From Antedon mediterranea (lineage: Eukaryota > Animalia > Echinodermata), in the NCBI RefSeq assembly GCF_964355755.1, contig NC_092671.1, positions 4,588,001 through 4,652,000 of the forward strand: a stretch of DNA of 64,000 nt. Reading direction: 5' to 3'. The notes under the pieces were generated by a model. It had not been told where the DNA came from and made no database searches. It saw only the letters and a list, made by a program, of their open reading frames with translations. This document shows, piece by piece, positions 24,517 to 38,398 of the stretch (the stretch's first letter is position 1; the number at the start of each line of letters is the position of its first letter). The translations under genes were made by a program, and so were the position numbers.

Positions 24517-25617
24517 TTAATCATAAAATATATCATTTAATTTCCTTCGAATTGTCTTGTAGAAAACGTCAACAAATGCTTCTCTAAAATTTTCATTTAC
24601 TACATTATATATCAACGGGTTTACCGAAGAATTGAACAACATTCCAAAACGAGAAATTGAGAGCCAAATTACATCGGATATGAGAATATGAAAAAAGTAT
24701 AGTATTATACATACATTAAGCTGCGTTATGCATACAAAATAAACCGCGACTGTCACGAAAATTGTCCAGAGTATTTTCCTTTCAGATTTAGAATGTAAGT
24801 CGGTTTCACATGAAGTCTGCACGATTTTGCTTGACTTTCTTAATGAATAAAACATGAGCAAATATAAAACTAACATAATCACAATTAACACCATACAAAT
24901 CGTAAATTGCAGTGTCCACAAAATTCTACAAAGTTTATAGTAGGTTGGCTTAATAAGACATATAGTTGAACGATTTGAGATACCTCTATACATATCTGGC
25001 CAAGGAAAATTGACGGTTGCTCGGTATTTGTGAACAAATATTACAGTATTCACAGAAAAGCTGAAAACCCATATAATTGTACAGACTATTACGGATCTAG
25101 AAAGAGTACCAAATCCACTTCTTTGAAACCAGTAAGGTCTACAAATTGCCATATAGCGTTCAACAGAAAGCCAGAAAATGGTTAAAATGGCCACATGTGC
25201 AGCACTAAAAGGAAGGTATACTAGAAGTCCACAAATCCAATTCCTTTCGACATCAGAAGTATTATAATCTGGTATCGGAATAAGTTCCTTATATGTTGTC
25301 ATTTCAATGGGCGACACAATTAGATACAACGTATCAGCTATTGCCAGGTTGGCTAGATACACGTAAACTGATTTGCGCAGTTTACTTACTATAACGATAA
25401 ATGTCATTATGTTGCCGATAACACCAAAAGTGACAACAATATTAATCACATAATTAAGAACAATCATCCCAAAATCTGTATTCAGGTACAAACGAATGGC
25501 ATCATCATATTGACTCGTTTCAGACGTTGAATTCATGTATTCAGATTCCGGTAAATGATATGATGTATTGTCTGCTAACATTGGCATCTTGTTATTTTCG
25601 AAAATATCCACATTCAT
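24517..25617 (-). CDS. Intronless class A GPCR, type A copy 2
   Basis: N-terminal half nearly identical to 3077-4147. First ATG at 25617, second in-frame ATG at 25587. TM6 reads CITQ instead of CITP. Confidence 0.92.
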   Translation of the reverse strand: MNVDIFENNKMPMLADNTSYHLPESEYMNSTSETSQYDDAIRLYLNTDFGMIVLNYVINIVVTFGVIGNIMTFIVIVSKLRKSVYVYLANLAIADTLYLIVSPIEMTTYKELIPIPDYNTSDVERNWICGLLVYLPFSAAHVAILTIFWLSVERYMAICRPYWFQRSGFGTLSRSVIVCTIIWVFSFSVNTVIFVHKYRATVNFPWPDMYRGISNRSTICLIKPTYYKLCRILWTLQFTICMVLIVIMLVLYLLMFYSLRKSSKIVQTSCETDLHSKSERKILWTIFVTVAVYFVCITQLNVCIILYFFHILISDVIWLSISRFGMLFNSSVNPLIYNVVNENFREAFVDVFYKTIRRKLNDIFYD

Positions 25618-25635
25618 ATTCTCTTTTATCAATAC

Positions 25636-26185
25636 CGATTACTTTTCTCGGTGAGTGAACTCCACGGAGCGATAAAACACTGTCAGTGTTCGATTACTTG
25701 CTTGTAGAGTTAACTCCACGGAGTGATAAAACGCTGTCAGTCTTCGATTACTTTGCTTGTAGAGTGATGAACTAAATGGAGTGATAAAACACTGTCAGTG
25801 TTCAATTACTTTGCTTGTAGAGTGAACTGAATGGAGTGATAATAACACTGTCAGTCTTCGATTAATTTGATTGTAGAGTGAACTGAATGGAGTGATAAAA
25901 TACTGTCAGTCTTCGCTTACTTTGCTTGTAGAGTGAACTCCGCGGAGTGATAAAACACTGTCAGTCTTCGATTAATTTGCTTGTAGAGTGAACTCCAAGG
26001 AGTGATAAAAACACTGTCAGTCTTCGATTAATTTGCTTGTAGAGTGAACTCCACGGAGTGATAAAACACTGTCAGTCTTCGATTAATTTGCTTGTAGAGT
26101 GAACTCCACGGAGTGATAAAACACTGTCAGTCTTCGATTAATTTGCTTGTAGAGTGAACTCAATGGAATGATAAAACACTGCCAG
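25636..26185. repeat. 55-bp minisatellite, about 10 copies
   Basis: Same unit and same gene-relative position as 4193-5357. Confidence 0.95.
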
Positions 26186-27606
26186 TATTACGAAAATGTT
26201 GAAATCACGTATAAAATACCAAGGAAATCTGCAATTTTTAAAATCAGACTATATCTACTTCCGGGGACGTCACTGGATGCTTGATTATTCTCCGTACGAA
26301 AGAAGTTCCCTGGATGTATTGGCTCTCCCCGGATAACGGGATAGGAGTTAAATTATATATTAGATTAAATATATATTATGACCTATAAATGTAATATTCG
26401 TATTATGTGTTGGATATCCATTTCCTTATACAGCATAACGTTTTCCGTGGGTGTATGTTAATGTTATCACTTTGTAGGTATTTTTTTACAAATATTTTAA
26501 AAATAAATTCAAATTAAATCACCAAACATTATTTAAATAATACATATAAAAACAATAAATAGAAAGTACATTAACAATAATATATTAATATATTTTATTT
26601 TTTATATATTTTTATTATTATTGATGGCGTTTTATAATATTACAATTATTTGCTTTTAAAATAAAGTTTTAAAAGTATATAAAAAATAATAGACATTCAA
26701 GCTCAAATATTATTCATTTATTATACTTTTTATTGTACATTTTATTACATTTAAAATAATTATAAGTTAAGTAGGCCTAAACTTTCCGGGCTTATTAACT
26801 TCATATTAAATACTCTTTTTTTTTAAATTTTGGATAATTTGTACTTTTAAACCGACGCGTCATTACACCATTTTAGGTACATGTTGCCTATAATTGTAAT
26901 ATGTTCTGGTACTCGACATCACGAAAAGCCAATTTACACCGACGAGCGGTAACGGGAATAGAAATATAGAATCTATATTATTCCTTATGACCATTTACAC
27001 AGATTCTAAGTGGGACAAGCTACGCGGCTTTCCACTTAGCGTTATCGCTCGTCTGTGTAATTGGACGGCTGTTTATAATAATTATCAAACACAATATAAT
27101 TTTAATTTATGGAGACATTCGTACAAATTACATTAATTAAAATTGGGAACTGGGTTTAATCCACATTACTGTAAATTTGACAACGAAACCAGTTTATTTC
27201 CATCTGCCATGTCATACCTTATCTTACTTTCTTTTTGTATACATGTTGCTGACTGATTGTGCAAGAACTTTATTCTTTGGGTATATTTATTGTATCTTCG
27301 TGATAATTAGTACATTATATGTGTAATATTGTTAGCATAACTTTTTCAAAAGTTGTTTATAATGAGAAATTATGTTTAATGATCAAAATATGTATAATAT
27401 GTTAAAGCAATTTCTTCACATATTTTTACCAATAAAGAGTGAAATGTGCAACTTAATAGTGAAATATATCGTTTAATTTGCTTTGGAGTTTGCTGTAAAA
27501 TACGTCAGCAAATGCTTGTCTAAAATTGTCATTTACTACATTATATATTAAAGGATTTACAGACGAATTTAAAAATGTTCCAAAAGTGCAAATTGAAAGC
27601 CATAAT

Positions 27607-28064
27607 TGTTTCGGATTTCGAACTTTGACGTTGGTGGCGTAAATATTTTATTTTTGATTGTACGCAGAATTGTCAGCAAGATATAACGCTTATTATCTAA
27701 TAGTAGATATTGTAACTTTCTTATTTCTGACAGTGATACGTGGGAGTACTACGTACGTTATTATAACCTTTAAGTTGTGTTAATGTTCTTGACTTGGATA
27801 TAAAAATTATTTGTTAGGCTATTTAGCTAAGTGTTTCGATCAGCTAATTGGCCATAAGCCTGCCTAGCCTAGCTAGCCCTCGTGTAGTGCTACTAGTAGT
27901 AGTTTGACTGTATGTATGTATCTGCTATGCTGTTTTGCGGGGTTGTTTGCACACGCAGCTGTGCTGCCTTGTGTGTGTTTTGTTTATTTGTGTTTCAGAC
28001 TTTACCGAAGAATAAAGAACGGGTAAAGCAACTACCACGAGTTTGTGTATCATTGTCCGAACTA
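27607..28064 (+). repeat. 5' LTR
   Basis: TGTTTCGGA...TCCGAACTA. About 5 substitutions and one 6-bp indel versus the 3' LTR. Confidence 0.92.
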
Positions 28065-28085
28065 GTAAAGTGTAATCCCTTAATA

Positions 28086-31000
28086 ATGGAGGAAAATACG
28101 TTCATCGACCTCAGCTTCGAAGAGCTCGAGGTCAAACACCGTTCGTTTAAAGGTCATCTAACGAGGGCAAGGGACCGCTTTACCCGTGTTCTCGACCGAG
28201 ACGAACCGGAACTGGTTAAAGTGGCATTCGACCATATACAAAAGAAAATTCGAAAGATAACCAACTTACTTGATGCTATGGATGTTGTCAAACCACCTGA
28301 TGAGACTAACACTACTACACGTCTACATGCAGAACTAATGTCAGCAGCTGATGACGTGGAGAAAAAATATCAAGAGTACAGAAGGTTTTCAAGGAATGAG
28401 CAAACCGCTCATTCTTCCCAAGGTGAGCCAACTGCAGCAGGAAAAGATGAAGAGATGATAAAATTAATTAAAGCTCAGTCTGACATGGTGGCACAGCTTA
28501 CAATAAAATTGAACGGAAACGGCTCATACAACAAACGGCCTTCAATTAAAACACCAGGACTCCCAGCCCCACGGTGGGATGGATCTCCAAGAAACTTCCA
28601 TTCTTGGCATGTACGAATTGACCAATACTTCGAATCTGCTGGTATTAAAGGTGACCAAGAAAAATTGATGGTTTTGCTCAATGGTGATGCGTTACCCAAA
28701 TCTATTCAAGATCATATTGCTGATTGCTGTTCTGTTGAAGGTGATAATGGAGCTTGGGCTCGTCTGAAGGAAAAGGTCCCGACTTCAGCTATTGTTCGTG
28801 ATGTTATTCTAACACTTCAGATGTTGAAGCCATTGAAGTCAGCAACAGCAAAGGAAATGCGGCCTGTTTTGAATGGACTCACAGACTTTGCAAGACGAAT
28901 GCGTGAACTTGGATAAGAATTAGAACTCTCATCGTCAGTAGTTGTTGAACTAGCGAGTCAGAAAATCGATGCTGAATTAAGTTTCGAATACATGCGGCAG
29001 ATAAAGCAAGATGAGCCGACAATACCAAGTTTGATCTCATTCTTACGAAGTGAAACGGAAGCAAGGGAACGTCGAGAGCAACCTCATATGTTTGGCGATC
29101 AAAATGCATCTACTCATCACATTACAGGACAAATTAGTACACTTGAAAATACTACCCAATTCCCACCGAAATCTAATTTTAAAGGTGCTGAAACTAGCAC
29201 GGATGATTGTCCTTTCTGCACTGACCACTCACGTCACTTGATTATAAAGTTCCCTAATTTTAACTCAAAATCTAACGAAGAGAGACGGTTAATGATAATG
29301 GAAGCTAGAAGATGTTTCCTATGTTTTCGCACAAATCACAGTGCGTTCAGATGCCCCAGACATGACAAAAAACGCTGCTCTGTATGTCAACTATTTCACC
29401 ACCGACTGATTGCTTGCCCACCCAATCGCACTTTGAGAATTAACAACGCAGATGGTTTCTGTCAAAGCCAAATGTCACCAAAAACACAGGCGGGAGCGAA
29501 CACAAATCTACGGCCAATTGTACGCCACGAAAACCAGGTAGGAACCAACTTAGGTCAGAATCCATTCATATATTTGCCAGCATCAACTAACCAAACTGTT
29601 TCAAATATGAATTTAGATAAAACGTCAATAAATTCACCTCAGATAGTTCAGGCGGGAGCAAACCCAAGTCTACGTCAGACTGTAGCAGGGCCCAGTCAAA
29701 ATCCATTCGTGTCTTTGTCTCCATCAACGAACCAGACAATTTCGAAAATGAATTCGACGAGGCATGCCGAACGTCGTCGCTACTCACCGACTACATATGT
29801 CGAGATACAAGACAACGAGGGCAATTGGCAGAAAGCTGTCGCATTCTTTGATAGTGGTGCTGATACCACTCTGGTCAAGTGCTCCACCGCTGAAAGTCTA
29901 GGCTTAAACGGACTGCCCTTTGTATTTACTTATGGCGTGGCCGGAGGGGGCATCGTACAAGAAAACAGTGCAAGGTATCAACTTCGAGTCAGACCACTAC
30001 AGGAATTGAAAGCATACGACTTGGTTGCAATTAGTGTACAAAAGCCTGCCCATGATAGCCCATCTGTTGGCGAAGATATCTTTGACGAACGCCCTCATTT
30101 AACGGTAGTTAAAGAACATTTGCCTGCGGAGGAAGCCGAGATCGACTTACTCATTGGATACGACTATCAAAGTCTTACTACACCACTGAAAACAATACGT
30201 TCATTAACTGATCCTGATACATCGCCAACTGCGGCAAAAAGTGCTCTAGGTTGGACAATTATTGGACAAACCATTCCAAAGCCAACTTCCAATGTCATCA
30301 GCCACATCACAAACGTAACTTTCATGGACGACTCCCAGCTTTTATATACATCCGATGTCATTGGAGTTAAACCAACAACCTTGTGTACATGTACAGAAAA
30401 GAATCTCAGTTTATCAAACATTGTAGAAAAAATCTTCAAATAAATGAGAAGGGCCGCATTACCGTGGAAATGCCATGGAAGGATGGATTTCCTGAGTCTC
30501 TAGACTGTAATAGAGTACAAGCCGTGACGAGGATGATTTCACATGAGGCTAGGTTGCTAAAAAACAAGCAAATCAATGACTACAATGATGAAATTCAAGC
30601 TCTCCTTGACAATGGATTTACGCGTGAGCTTACGCCAAGTGAAGACAGAAATGAAGGATGGTACCTTCAACACCATGCTGTCCATCAGCAACACAAGACA
30701 ACGAAGATTCGAATTGTATGGAATTCCGCTGCTAAGTTTAACGGGTTGTGTCTCAACGACGGATTCCACAAAGGGCCAGATTTCCTAAACTCACTTGTGA
30801 CATGCTTTCTATACTGGCGGAAGTACGGAATTGCCGTAGCTGGAGACGTTCGGAAGATGTTTAACCAGATTGCATTATCAGTGCGTGATCAAAAGTTTCA
30901 TCGTTTTGTCTGGCGATTTGGTGATACCTCAAAGGATATTAGGTATTTTCAGTGGTTGCGTTTGCCGTTTGGGGACAAACCAGCACCGGACATTTCTATG

Positions 31001-33609
31001 ATGGCCGTTCATTTACTAGCTGAGGCTAACGCCGATTCAGATCCTATAGGGGCTCTTAGGATCAAAGATCGTATGTACATGGATGATATAACCGACTCAT
31101 TTACAAAACCGAACGATGCAGTTGAGGCAGTTGAGCAGGTTACTCGTATTCTAAGAAAGGGATCTTTCGAAATCAAAGTGTGGCATTCTAACCATCCGAT
31201 GGTAGACCAGTGCCCTGAAGAGAAGCACACACGTGTTTTAGGCCACTTGTGGAATAAGCTAGATGACACTGTAACAATTCAACTTGATAAATTCGATGAA
31301 GAACAGACTCCACTTACCAAAAGAAAAGTTTCCAGTCTTGTTGCCAGGTTGTGGGATCCATTAGGAATGTTGAGCCCTGTGAGTATTCGTTATAAAATTG
31401 GACTCCAGGAGATTTGGGCAGCTAGGCTTGATTGGGACGACGTGTTTGATGATGAGCAAACAACTATGTGGAAAGGTTTTATAAAGGAGATGAATCATCT
31501 TGTGGGATTCGAAATTCCACGTCAGCTAACGCCTGAGGATTCTATTGCTTACCCTCAGTTACACTGTTTCAGTGATGCTAGTGAAGCTGCATTTGGTTCT
31601 GTCATCTGGCTGCGTTGGGATACCCCAGCAGGAGTTAAATTGACATACGTTATAGCAAAGGCTCTAGTTGCACCGTTAAAGAAAAGATCAATTCCAAGAT
31701 TAGAGTTAACTGCAGTTGTTGTCATTGCTCGACTCGCTAAACTTGTCTTAGAAGTGGTAGGAGATGTTAGTCTATGCAAGTTCTGGACCGACTCGAAAGT
31801 TGTCCTGTCTTGGGTTAGGTCGCCCGCCAGGACCTTCAAACCGTTTGTGTCTGCTCGTGTTCAAGAGATTCAGGATACACTTCCAACATTTATTGATGAC
31901 TTATGTTACATCCCTTCTAACATCAATCCAGCGGATCAGTTAACCAAGCCAATATACCCAAGTGACCTTCAGAAATGGATTCAAGGCCCAGATTTTCTTT
32001 TTCAAAGTTCTAACCAATGGCCAAACTATGAACCCGACTATGACACAGAGTTAAAACAAATGGTTGTAAAGGAGTACACAACGGAGTCTCTACGCAAAAC
32101 AAATTATGTTACAGCTGTCAGAGGTAGGCCTACATTTGAAGACCTGTTGGTCAACACCGTGTCAAATTGGACTCGGCTGGTTCACCGAATAGCATACTGT
32201 CGTCGATTCATTTTAAAAAGGCGACCAGAAACCCTCTTTTTGACTGCCGACGAACTGCAAAGGGCTGAATTTTCACTCTTCTACGTTTCTCAGCGCACTG
32301 CGAACGATCGTTTGGATGCTTGGAGTACTAGAAAGCTAAACCCTAAAGTGGACGAGAGTGGTATGATAAGGGTCGAGGGAAGACTTAACAAGCTTCATAT
32401 CCCTGAACAACAAAAACGGCCGATTCTTCTTCGTAGAGGATCATTTCTGGTAGAGTTGTTTGCCAAATATATTCATAAGACGATTGGTCATCAGGGATAC
32501 CGAGTGGCTGTTGCAAGCACATTTAAACGTGGAATTTACATACTCGGAGGACCCAAATTGTTTAAAGATATTGCTGCCAAATGTATGTTCTGTCGAACTC
32601 GACGTAGGAGTTTACTTAGCCAACAAATGGGAGAACTTCCCAGTTTTAGAGGCGATCCGCATACACCACCCTTTTGTAACGTAGCTCTTGATTTCTTTGG
32701 ACCGATTTCTATCAAGCTCACTCGTAATACCAATACAGAAGGTAACATTCTGATAGTGACCTGCATGACCACACGAGTTATCTCATTAGAATTAGTGGAT
32801 TCTCTATCATCAGAATCATTTATTAATGCTTGGAGACGATTTGTCTGCTCGCGGGGGATCCACCCAGTAACCGCTTTTAGTGACCATGGCCGCAATTTCG
32901 TCGGCGCTCAGCAGAAGTTGAGAGATTTGATCAAATCATGGGACGAACTAAAACCAATACATCTTTTGACTGGCAGTTCAATACTCCTTACGCTTCTCAC
33001 ATGAATGGAGTTGTCGAATCGCTTATAAGGAGTTGCCGTAAAGGTCTAGATGCCGTAGTCGATTACCATCATCGCCGTTTTAGTGCCCTTGAATGGCAGA
33101 CTATTTTGAGTGAAGTGACTTATCTTATAAACTCACGACCATTGTTTCCGGATGGGCCTGATCCACTTGAATCACCGCCAATTACTGGTAATGATATTCC
33201 ATTTCCACATGGACAACCCGTACTCTTGCAACCGAACTTGGAAGTGGTAACGAATCAGAGTATTGTCGACATCGCACAACGACGTGTTCATGCATTCTGG
33301 GATTGTTGGATGTGTCATATGCCACCTCAATTAGTACAACGTTCAAAGTGGTTTCACCCAAGAGAAAATTTGCAGATTGGAGATTTAGTGCTAGTACTGG
33401 AACCTGGATTAAAGGGGGTTGCAGCACCACGTGGACATTGGCGACGGGGAATAGTTGAGGATGTGAAGCCAGGGAAGGACAATCTCGTTCGGAAGGCCAT
33501 GATTAAAACTGTTGAAAGATCGAATATAAGTATTAAGGAAAGGCCTGTACATAAGTTGTGTTTGATTGCAACTGTGGGAGAACTTAACCACGGGTTTTCT
33601 TCTAAATAA
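28086..33609 (+). pseudogene. gag-pol: BEL/Pao gag-pol polyprotein (one stop, two frameshifts)
   Basis: Zinc knuckles (CFLCFRTNHSAFRC, CSVCQLFHH), protease FDSGA, RT YMDD, RNase H FSDASE, integrase HHCC plus LDFFGP/SDHG/GVVES. In-frame TAA at 28914; frameshifts near 30400 and 32960. Confidence 0.9.
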
Positions 33610-33744
33610 GGAATGCTTTATTATGTAACTACTTGAGTCGTGAACATTTAATTACTGCATTTTAATTAAGATTTACTTTGTTGTGGTTATTTTTCGAAAT
33701 CCTTTATGTACTGTGACTCATGTCAATTTGTCACGAGGCGGGAG

Positions 33745-34208
33745 TGTTTCGGATTTCGAACTTTGACGTTGGTGGCGTAAATATTTTATTTTTGATTGTA
33801 CGCAGAATTGTCAGCAAGATATAACGCTTATTATCTAATAGTAGATACTGTAACTTTCTTATTTCTGAAAGTGATACGTGGGAGTACTACGTACGTTATT
33901 ATAACCTTTAAGTTGTGTTAATGTTCTTGACTTGGATATAAAAATTATTTGTTAGGCTATTTAGTTAAGTGTTTCGATCAGCTAATTGGCCATAAGCCTG
34001 CCTAGCCTAGCTAGCCCTCGTGTAGTGCTACTAGTAGTAGTTTGACTGTATGTATGTATCTGCTATGCTGTTTTGCGGGGTTGTTTGCACACGCAGCTGT
34101 GCTGCCTTGTGCGTGTTTTCATTGAGTTTATTTGTGTTTCAGACTTTACCGAAGAATAAAGAACGGTTAAAGCAACTACCACGAGTTTGTGTATCATTGT
34201 CCGAACTA
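33745..34208 (+). repeat. 3' LTR
   Basis: Direct repeat of 27607-28064, preceded by the PPT and followed by TSD ATAAT. Confidence 0.92.
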
Positions 34209-36616
34209 ATAATATATCGGATTCAAGAATATTAGAAAAATATAATATTGAAAACATAAACTGTAACTGTCACAACAACTGTCCTGAGTATTTTCCTCTC
34301 AGATTTCAAACGTGGATCGTTCTCGCATGAATTTGACACGATTTTGCGGGATTTTCTGATAGAATAGAGCATAAATGAATATAAAATTATAATAAACACA
34401 ATCAACATTACAGTAATCGTAAAGTGCATTATCCAAACAACTTTACATAGTTTGTAGTAGCTTGGCTTAACAAGACATATAGTTGCACGATTTGAGATAC
34501 CTCTATACATATCAGGCCAAGGAAAAATGGCGGTTGCTCGGCACTTGTAAACAAATATTACAGTATCCACAGACAAACTGAAAATCCAAATAATCGTACA
34601 GACTTTTACGGATCTTGAGAGAGTACCAAATCCACTCGTTTGAAACTGGTAAGGTCTGCAAACTGCCATATAGCGTTCAACAGAAAGCCAGAAAATGGAA
34701 GGTAACTTAGAATTTGATATCGGAATAAATTCCTTAAAATTTGTTATATATGCAATTAGAAGTATTGTATCAGCTATTGCCAAGTTGGCTAGATACACGT
34801 ACACTGATGTTCGTAGTTTACTTACTATAACGATAAATATCATTATGTTGCCGACAATACCAAACATATCACAATATGAATCGCATATATAAACACCATC
34901 TTCTCAACATCTGTATTCAGGAACATATCAATGACATCATCATATTGACTCGTATTTAACGTCGAATTCTCGTATGCAGATTCCGGAAAATCATAAAATT
35001 ATGTAGTTTCTCTTGAATCTGATGTCTTATTATTTTTGAAAATGTCTACATTCATGCTGTCTTCTCTCAGTTAAATTTTTTACCAATACAATAATTGAAC
35101 TACTACGACCAATATAGGCCTAATACCGGTTGGGAAGGTTACTTTGCAATTCTTGCTATACACTAACTGGAAACCTATTGATTTCTAAAGGGTAGATGTG
35201 ACAATTGGAACATCTGGAAAATGATCAGTCAATGTTGAAATATATTATTCATTCTTATCTGAAATATATTATTCATTCTTGTAGGTGAAACTCCAACTCA
35301 ACGAAAGCTTATCTTAAAGCATCATGGGCTACGTTGTTATTATTATATATATTTTCTAAACAATAACCACCTATATCGATATTTTTGGCAATTTATTCCA
35401 TTACCTTCATAAAGTCCGGTCAATAATTGTTGTTTTTGTGATCCCACTTTTGTAGTGATTAATTTTGTTGCAGCTGTTTTCCTGGAACTTAATGATAATG
35501 TTTAAATGGTAGCACCACCAACACAGCATCATTGTTTTCGACATCGTTGTCAAAATCATCATCATCACCACCATCATCGTCATCATTATCATTGACTTTC
35601 AAACAATTACTACGAGAATAAATGAGCAATTGTTTTATTGCGTGCAGAAATAAATGTAAACAGCATCATTACTTATTGGTAATGCAATTAATCTGCTTAA
35701 TATTTAATAATAATTAATTATGATTCATAATTCATTATTTTCCTTTGAATAATTACTTATTAATCCGTAAATAAATGAGTTAACATGACGCCAGCATATG
35801 TGAAAAAAAGTGCTTATCTAAAGCTTCGTATAGTAGGTAATAATTATCGTTATCAATGTATTAGAATATTTTTAAAAACGAACCCATTTATTTTTTGTTA
35901 ATTTTGCTATAAAAAATATAAGTACCTAAGCAGGAATGAATGTAACTACAACAATCACACAGGTTTAGCGTAAAACATTGGTAGGCCTAAGAGTTTCTCT
36001 AACTATTAGTTACCGTGTGTTCAGCGCACAACATTTGTACAAGTTTCTATACCTAAAGTGAAAGTGAGTTCAGCATCAAAAAAATGGTACAAGTTTCTAT
36101 ATCTATAATAGTGACAGTGAATTTAGCGTAATTGTACGTAATTTCTGAATCTATAGCGAGTTCAGAGTGAAACAAAGGTAACATTTTATAAAACTAGTGA
36201 CAATGAGTTATGCATAAAACAATTGGTACCAGTTTCTGTTGACAGTGAGTGTGTAAAACATTGGTACAAGTTTATATAACTTGTGTACATACTTCATATA
36301 GATAAAATGGCAGTAAAACAATTGGGACAGTAGGGCCTATATCATTTTTATAGCTTGGCCACTCCGGACAATCTACTATTATCCCTTTCTTTACTTCTGA
36401 AATTATTTACCACATCCTTCCGCACAATAGAGTACAATACAATACTACAATATTATTTACAATGAAATTTGCTTTCATTTTATGATGCAAGGAATAACAC
36501 AATGAAACATAAGCAAAGAAAGCATAGCCTACAACCTTTCGTAACACAAACATTTTATAAAATAATGTTTTAAAACAATAATTGAACAAACGTTTACAGA
36601 TCTAAATGGATTACTA

Positions 36617-37154
36617 AAGAAGACATCAACAAATGCTTGTCTAAAACTTTCATTAACTACATTATATATCAAAGGGTTTATAGACGAATTTATCAATTAA
36701 GAATATCAAACAAGTACATAATGCCAAACACATACATTGGTGTAATGCAGATAACATAAACTGTAACTGTCACAAAACTGTCCACAATATTTTCCTCTCA
36801 GATTTTGATCGTGGGTCAGTATCGCATGGATTTGGCAGCGTGATGTTCTGGGATTTTCTTAAAGAATAAATCATAAGGAAACATGCAGCTACAATAACCA
36901 CAATTAGTAATATAGTCACTGTAAATGTTAGAATCCAAGAAATTGTACAAAGTTTTTCGTAGCTTTGTTTAATAATACATACAGTTGCATGGTTTCAGAT
37001 ATCTCTATACATATCTGGCCAAGCAAATATGATGGTTGCTTGGTACCTATAAGCAAATATAATTGTATTCACAGACAAACTGAAAATCCATATAATTACA
37101 CATACTTTCACGGATCTTGAGAGAGCACCAAATTGACTTGTTTGAAACTTGTAA
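36617..37154 (-). pseudogene. GPCR type C internal fragment
   Basis: Matches ICL2 to TM7 of 22691-23734. Both ends are deleted and there is an internal deletion before TM7. Confidence 0.8.
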
Positions 37155-37297
37155 GTAATTTTTTTACATAGGCACCAGATGAGTAGTATTCTACGCCAAC
37201 ACCATACTCAGTCAAACGTCATTTATTATTAAGCATCCAAGTTTCAAGGCAGCAAAAGATGTGAATATTATTTACCGATAACGATGATACGTACCCA

Positions 37298-38398
37298 TTA
37301 ATCATAAAATATATCATTTAATTTCCTTAGAATTTTCTTGTAGAAAACGTCAACAAATGCTTGTCTAAAACTTTCATTCACTACATTATATATTACAGGA
37401 TTTATGGATACATTAAACAACATTCCAAAACGACACATTGAGAGCCAAAATATATCGTATTCAAGAATTTTAAAAAGGTATAACATTAACCACACGGTAT
37501 ATGGTGATATGCAAACAACATAAAGTGTGAATGTCACAAAAATTGTCCATAGAATTTTCTTCTCAGATTTTGACCGTGGTTCGCATGTATTTGGAATGAT
37601 ATTACGGGACTTTCTTAATGTATAGGCAATGCGCGAATATAAAACTAAAATAATCACAATTAACACCATAATAATCGTAAAGTGCAGCATCCACACAATT
37701 CTACATAGTTTAAAATAACTTGGCTTAATAACACATATAGTTGATTGATTAGAGATACCTTTATACATATCAGGCCATGGAAAAATAACAATTGCTCGGT
37801 ACCTATAAACAAATGCTGTAGTATCCACAGACAAACTGAAAATCCATATAATTACACAGACTTTTACGGATCTTGAGAGAGTACCAAATTGACTTGTTTG
37901 AAACTTGTAAGGTCTGCAAACTGCCATATAACGTTCAACGGAAAGCCATAAAATGGTTAAAATGGCAACATCTGCAGCAATAAAAAGGAGGTAACCTGGT
38001 AGTCCACACAACAAACTCTTTTGTACATCATCAATTATGGTATACTTTTTTGGCAATATAATGAGTTCCTTATATGTGCTCATATCAATGGGCGACACGA
38101 TTAAATATACCGTATCAGCTATTGCCAAATTTGCTAGATACACGTACACTGATTTGCGCAGTTTACTTACTATTACAAAAAATGCCATTATGTTGCTGAT
38201 AATACCAAAAGCGATGATAATATTGATTACATAATTAAGCAACATCATCTCAAAATCTCTGTCCAGGTACATACGAATGACATCATCATATTGGCTCGTG
38301 TTAGATGTTGAATTCCCGTATTCAGATTCTGGTAAATGATATGATGTATTGCCAGCTGAAATTGACATCTTGCTATTAATTTCAATGTCCACATTCAT
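37298..38398 (-). CDS. Intronless class A GPCR, type D
   Basis: 366 aa. SN, LAIAD, ERY, CISP, NPVIY. Confidence 0.93.
   Translation of the reverse strand: MNVDIEINSKMSISAGNTSYHLPESEYGNSTSNTSQYDDVIRMYLDRDFEMMLLNYVINIIIAFGIISNIMAFFVIVSKLRKSVYVYLANLAIADTVYLIVSPIDMSTYKELIILPKKYTIIDDVQKSLLCGLPGYLLFIAADVAILTILWLSVERYMAVCRPYKFQTSQFGTLSRSVKVCVIIWIFSLSVDTTAFVYRYRAIVIFPWPDMYKGISNQSTICVIKPSYFKLCRIVWMLHFTIIMVLIVIILVLYSRIAYTLRKSRNIIPNTCEPRSKSEKKILWTIFVTFTLYVVCISPYTVWLMLYLFKILEYDIFWLSMCRFGMLFNVSINPVIYNVVNESFRQAFVDVFYKKILRKLNDIFYD

Larger units (their letters stand above)
27607..34208 (+). mobile_element. BEL/Pao LTR retrotransposon, full length
   Basis: LTRs at 27607-28064 and 33745-34208, 5-bp TSD ATAAT, PPT GAGGCGGGAG at 33735-33744, domain order gag-PR-RT-RH-IN. 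Confidence 0.95.
27453..35055 (-). pseudogene. GPCR type B copy 2, split by the BEL/Pao element
   Basis: The 3' end (27453-27606) and 5' part (34209-35055) rejoin as ILESDILWLS. Deletion in ECL1/TM3 and frameshifts. Confidence 0.88.

Noticed and set aside
27912-28085. N-terminal extension of the BEL gag ORF
   Set aside because: It lies within the LTR and recurs at 34050. The likely start is the ATG at 28086.
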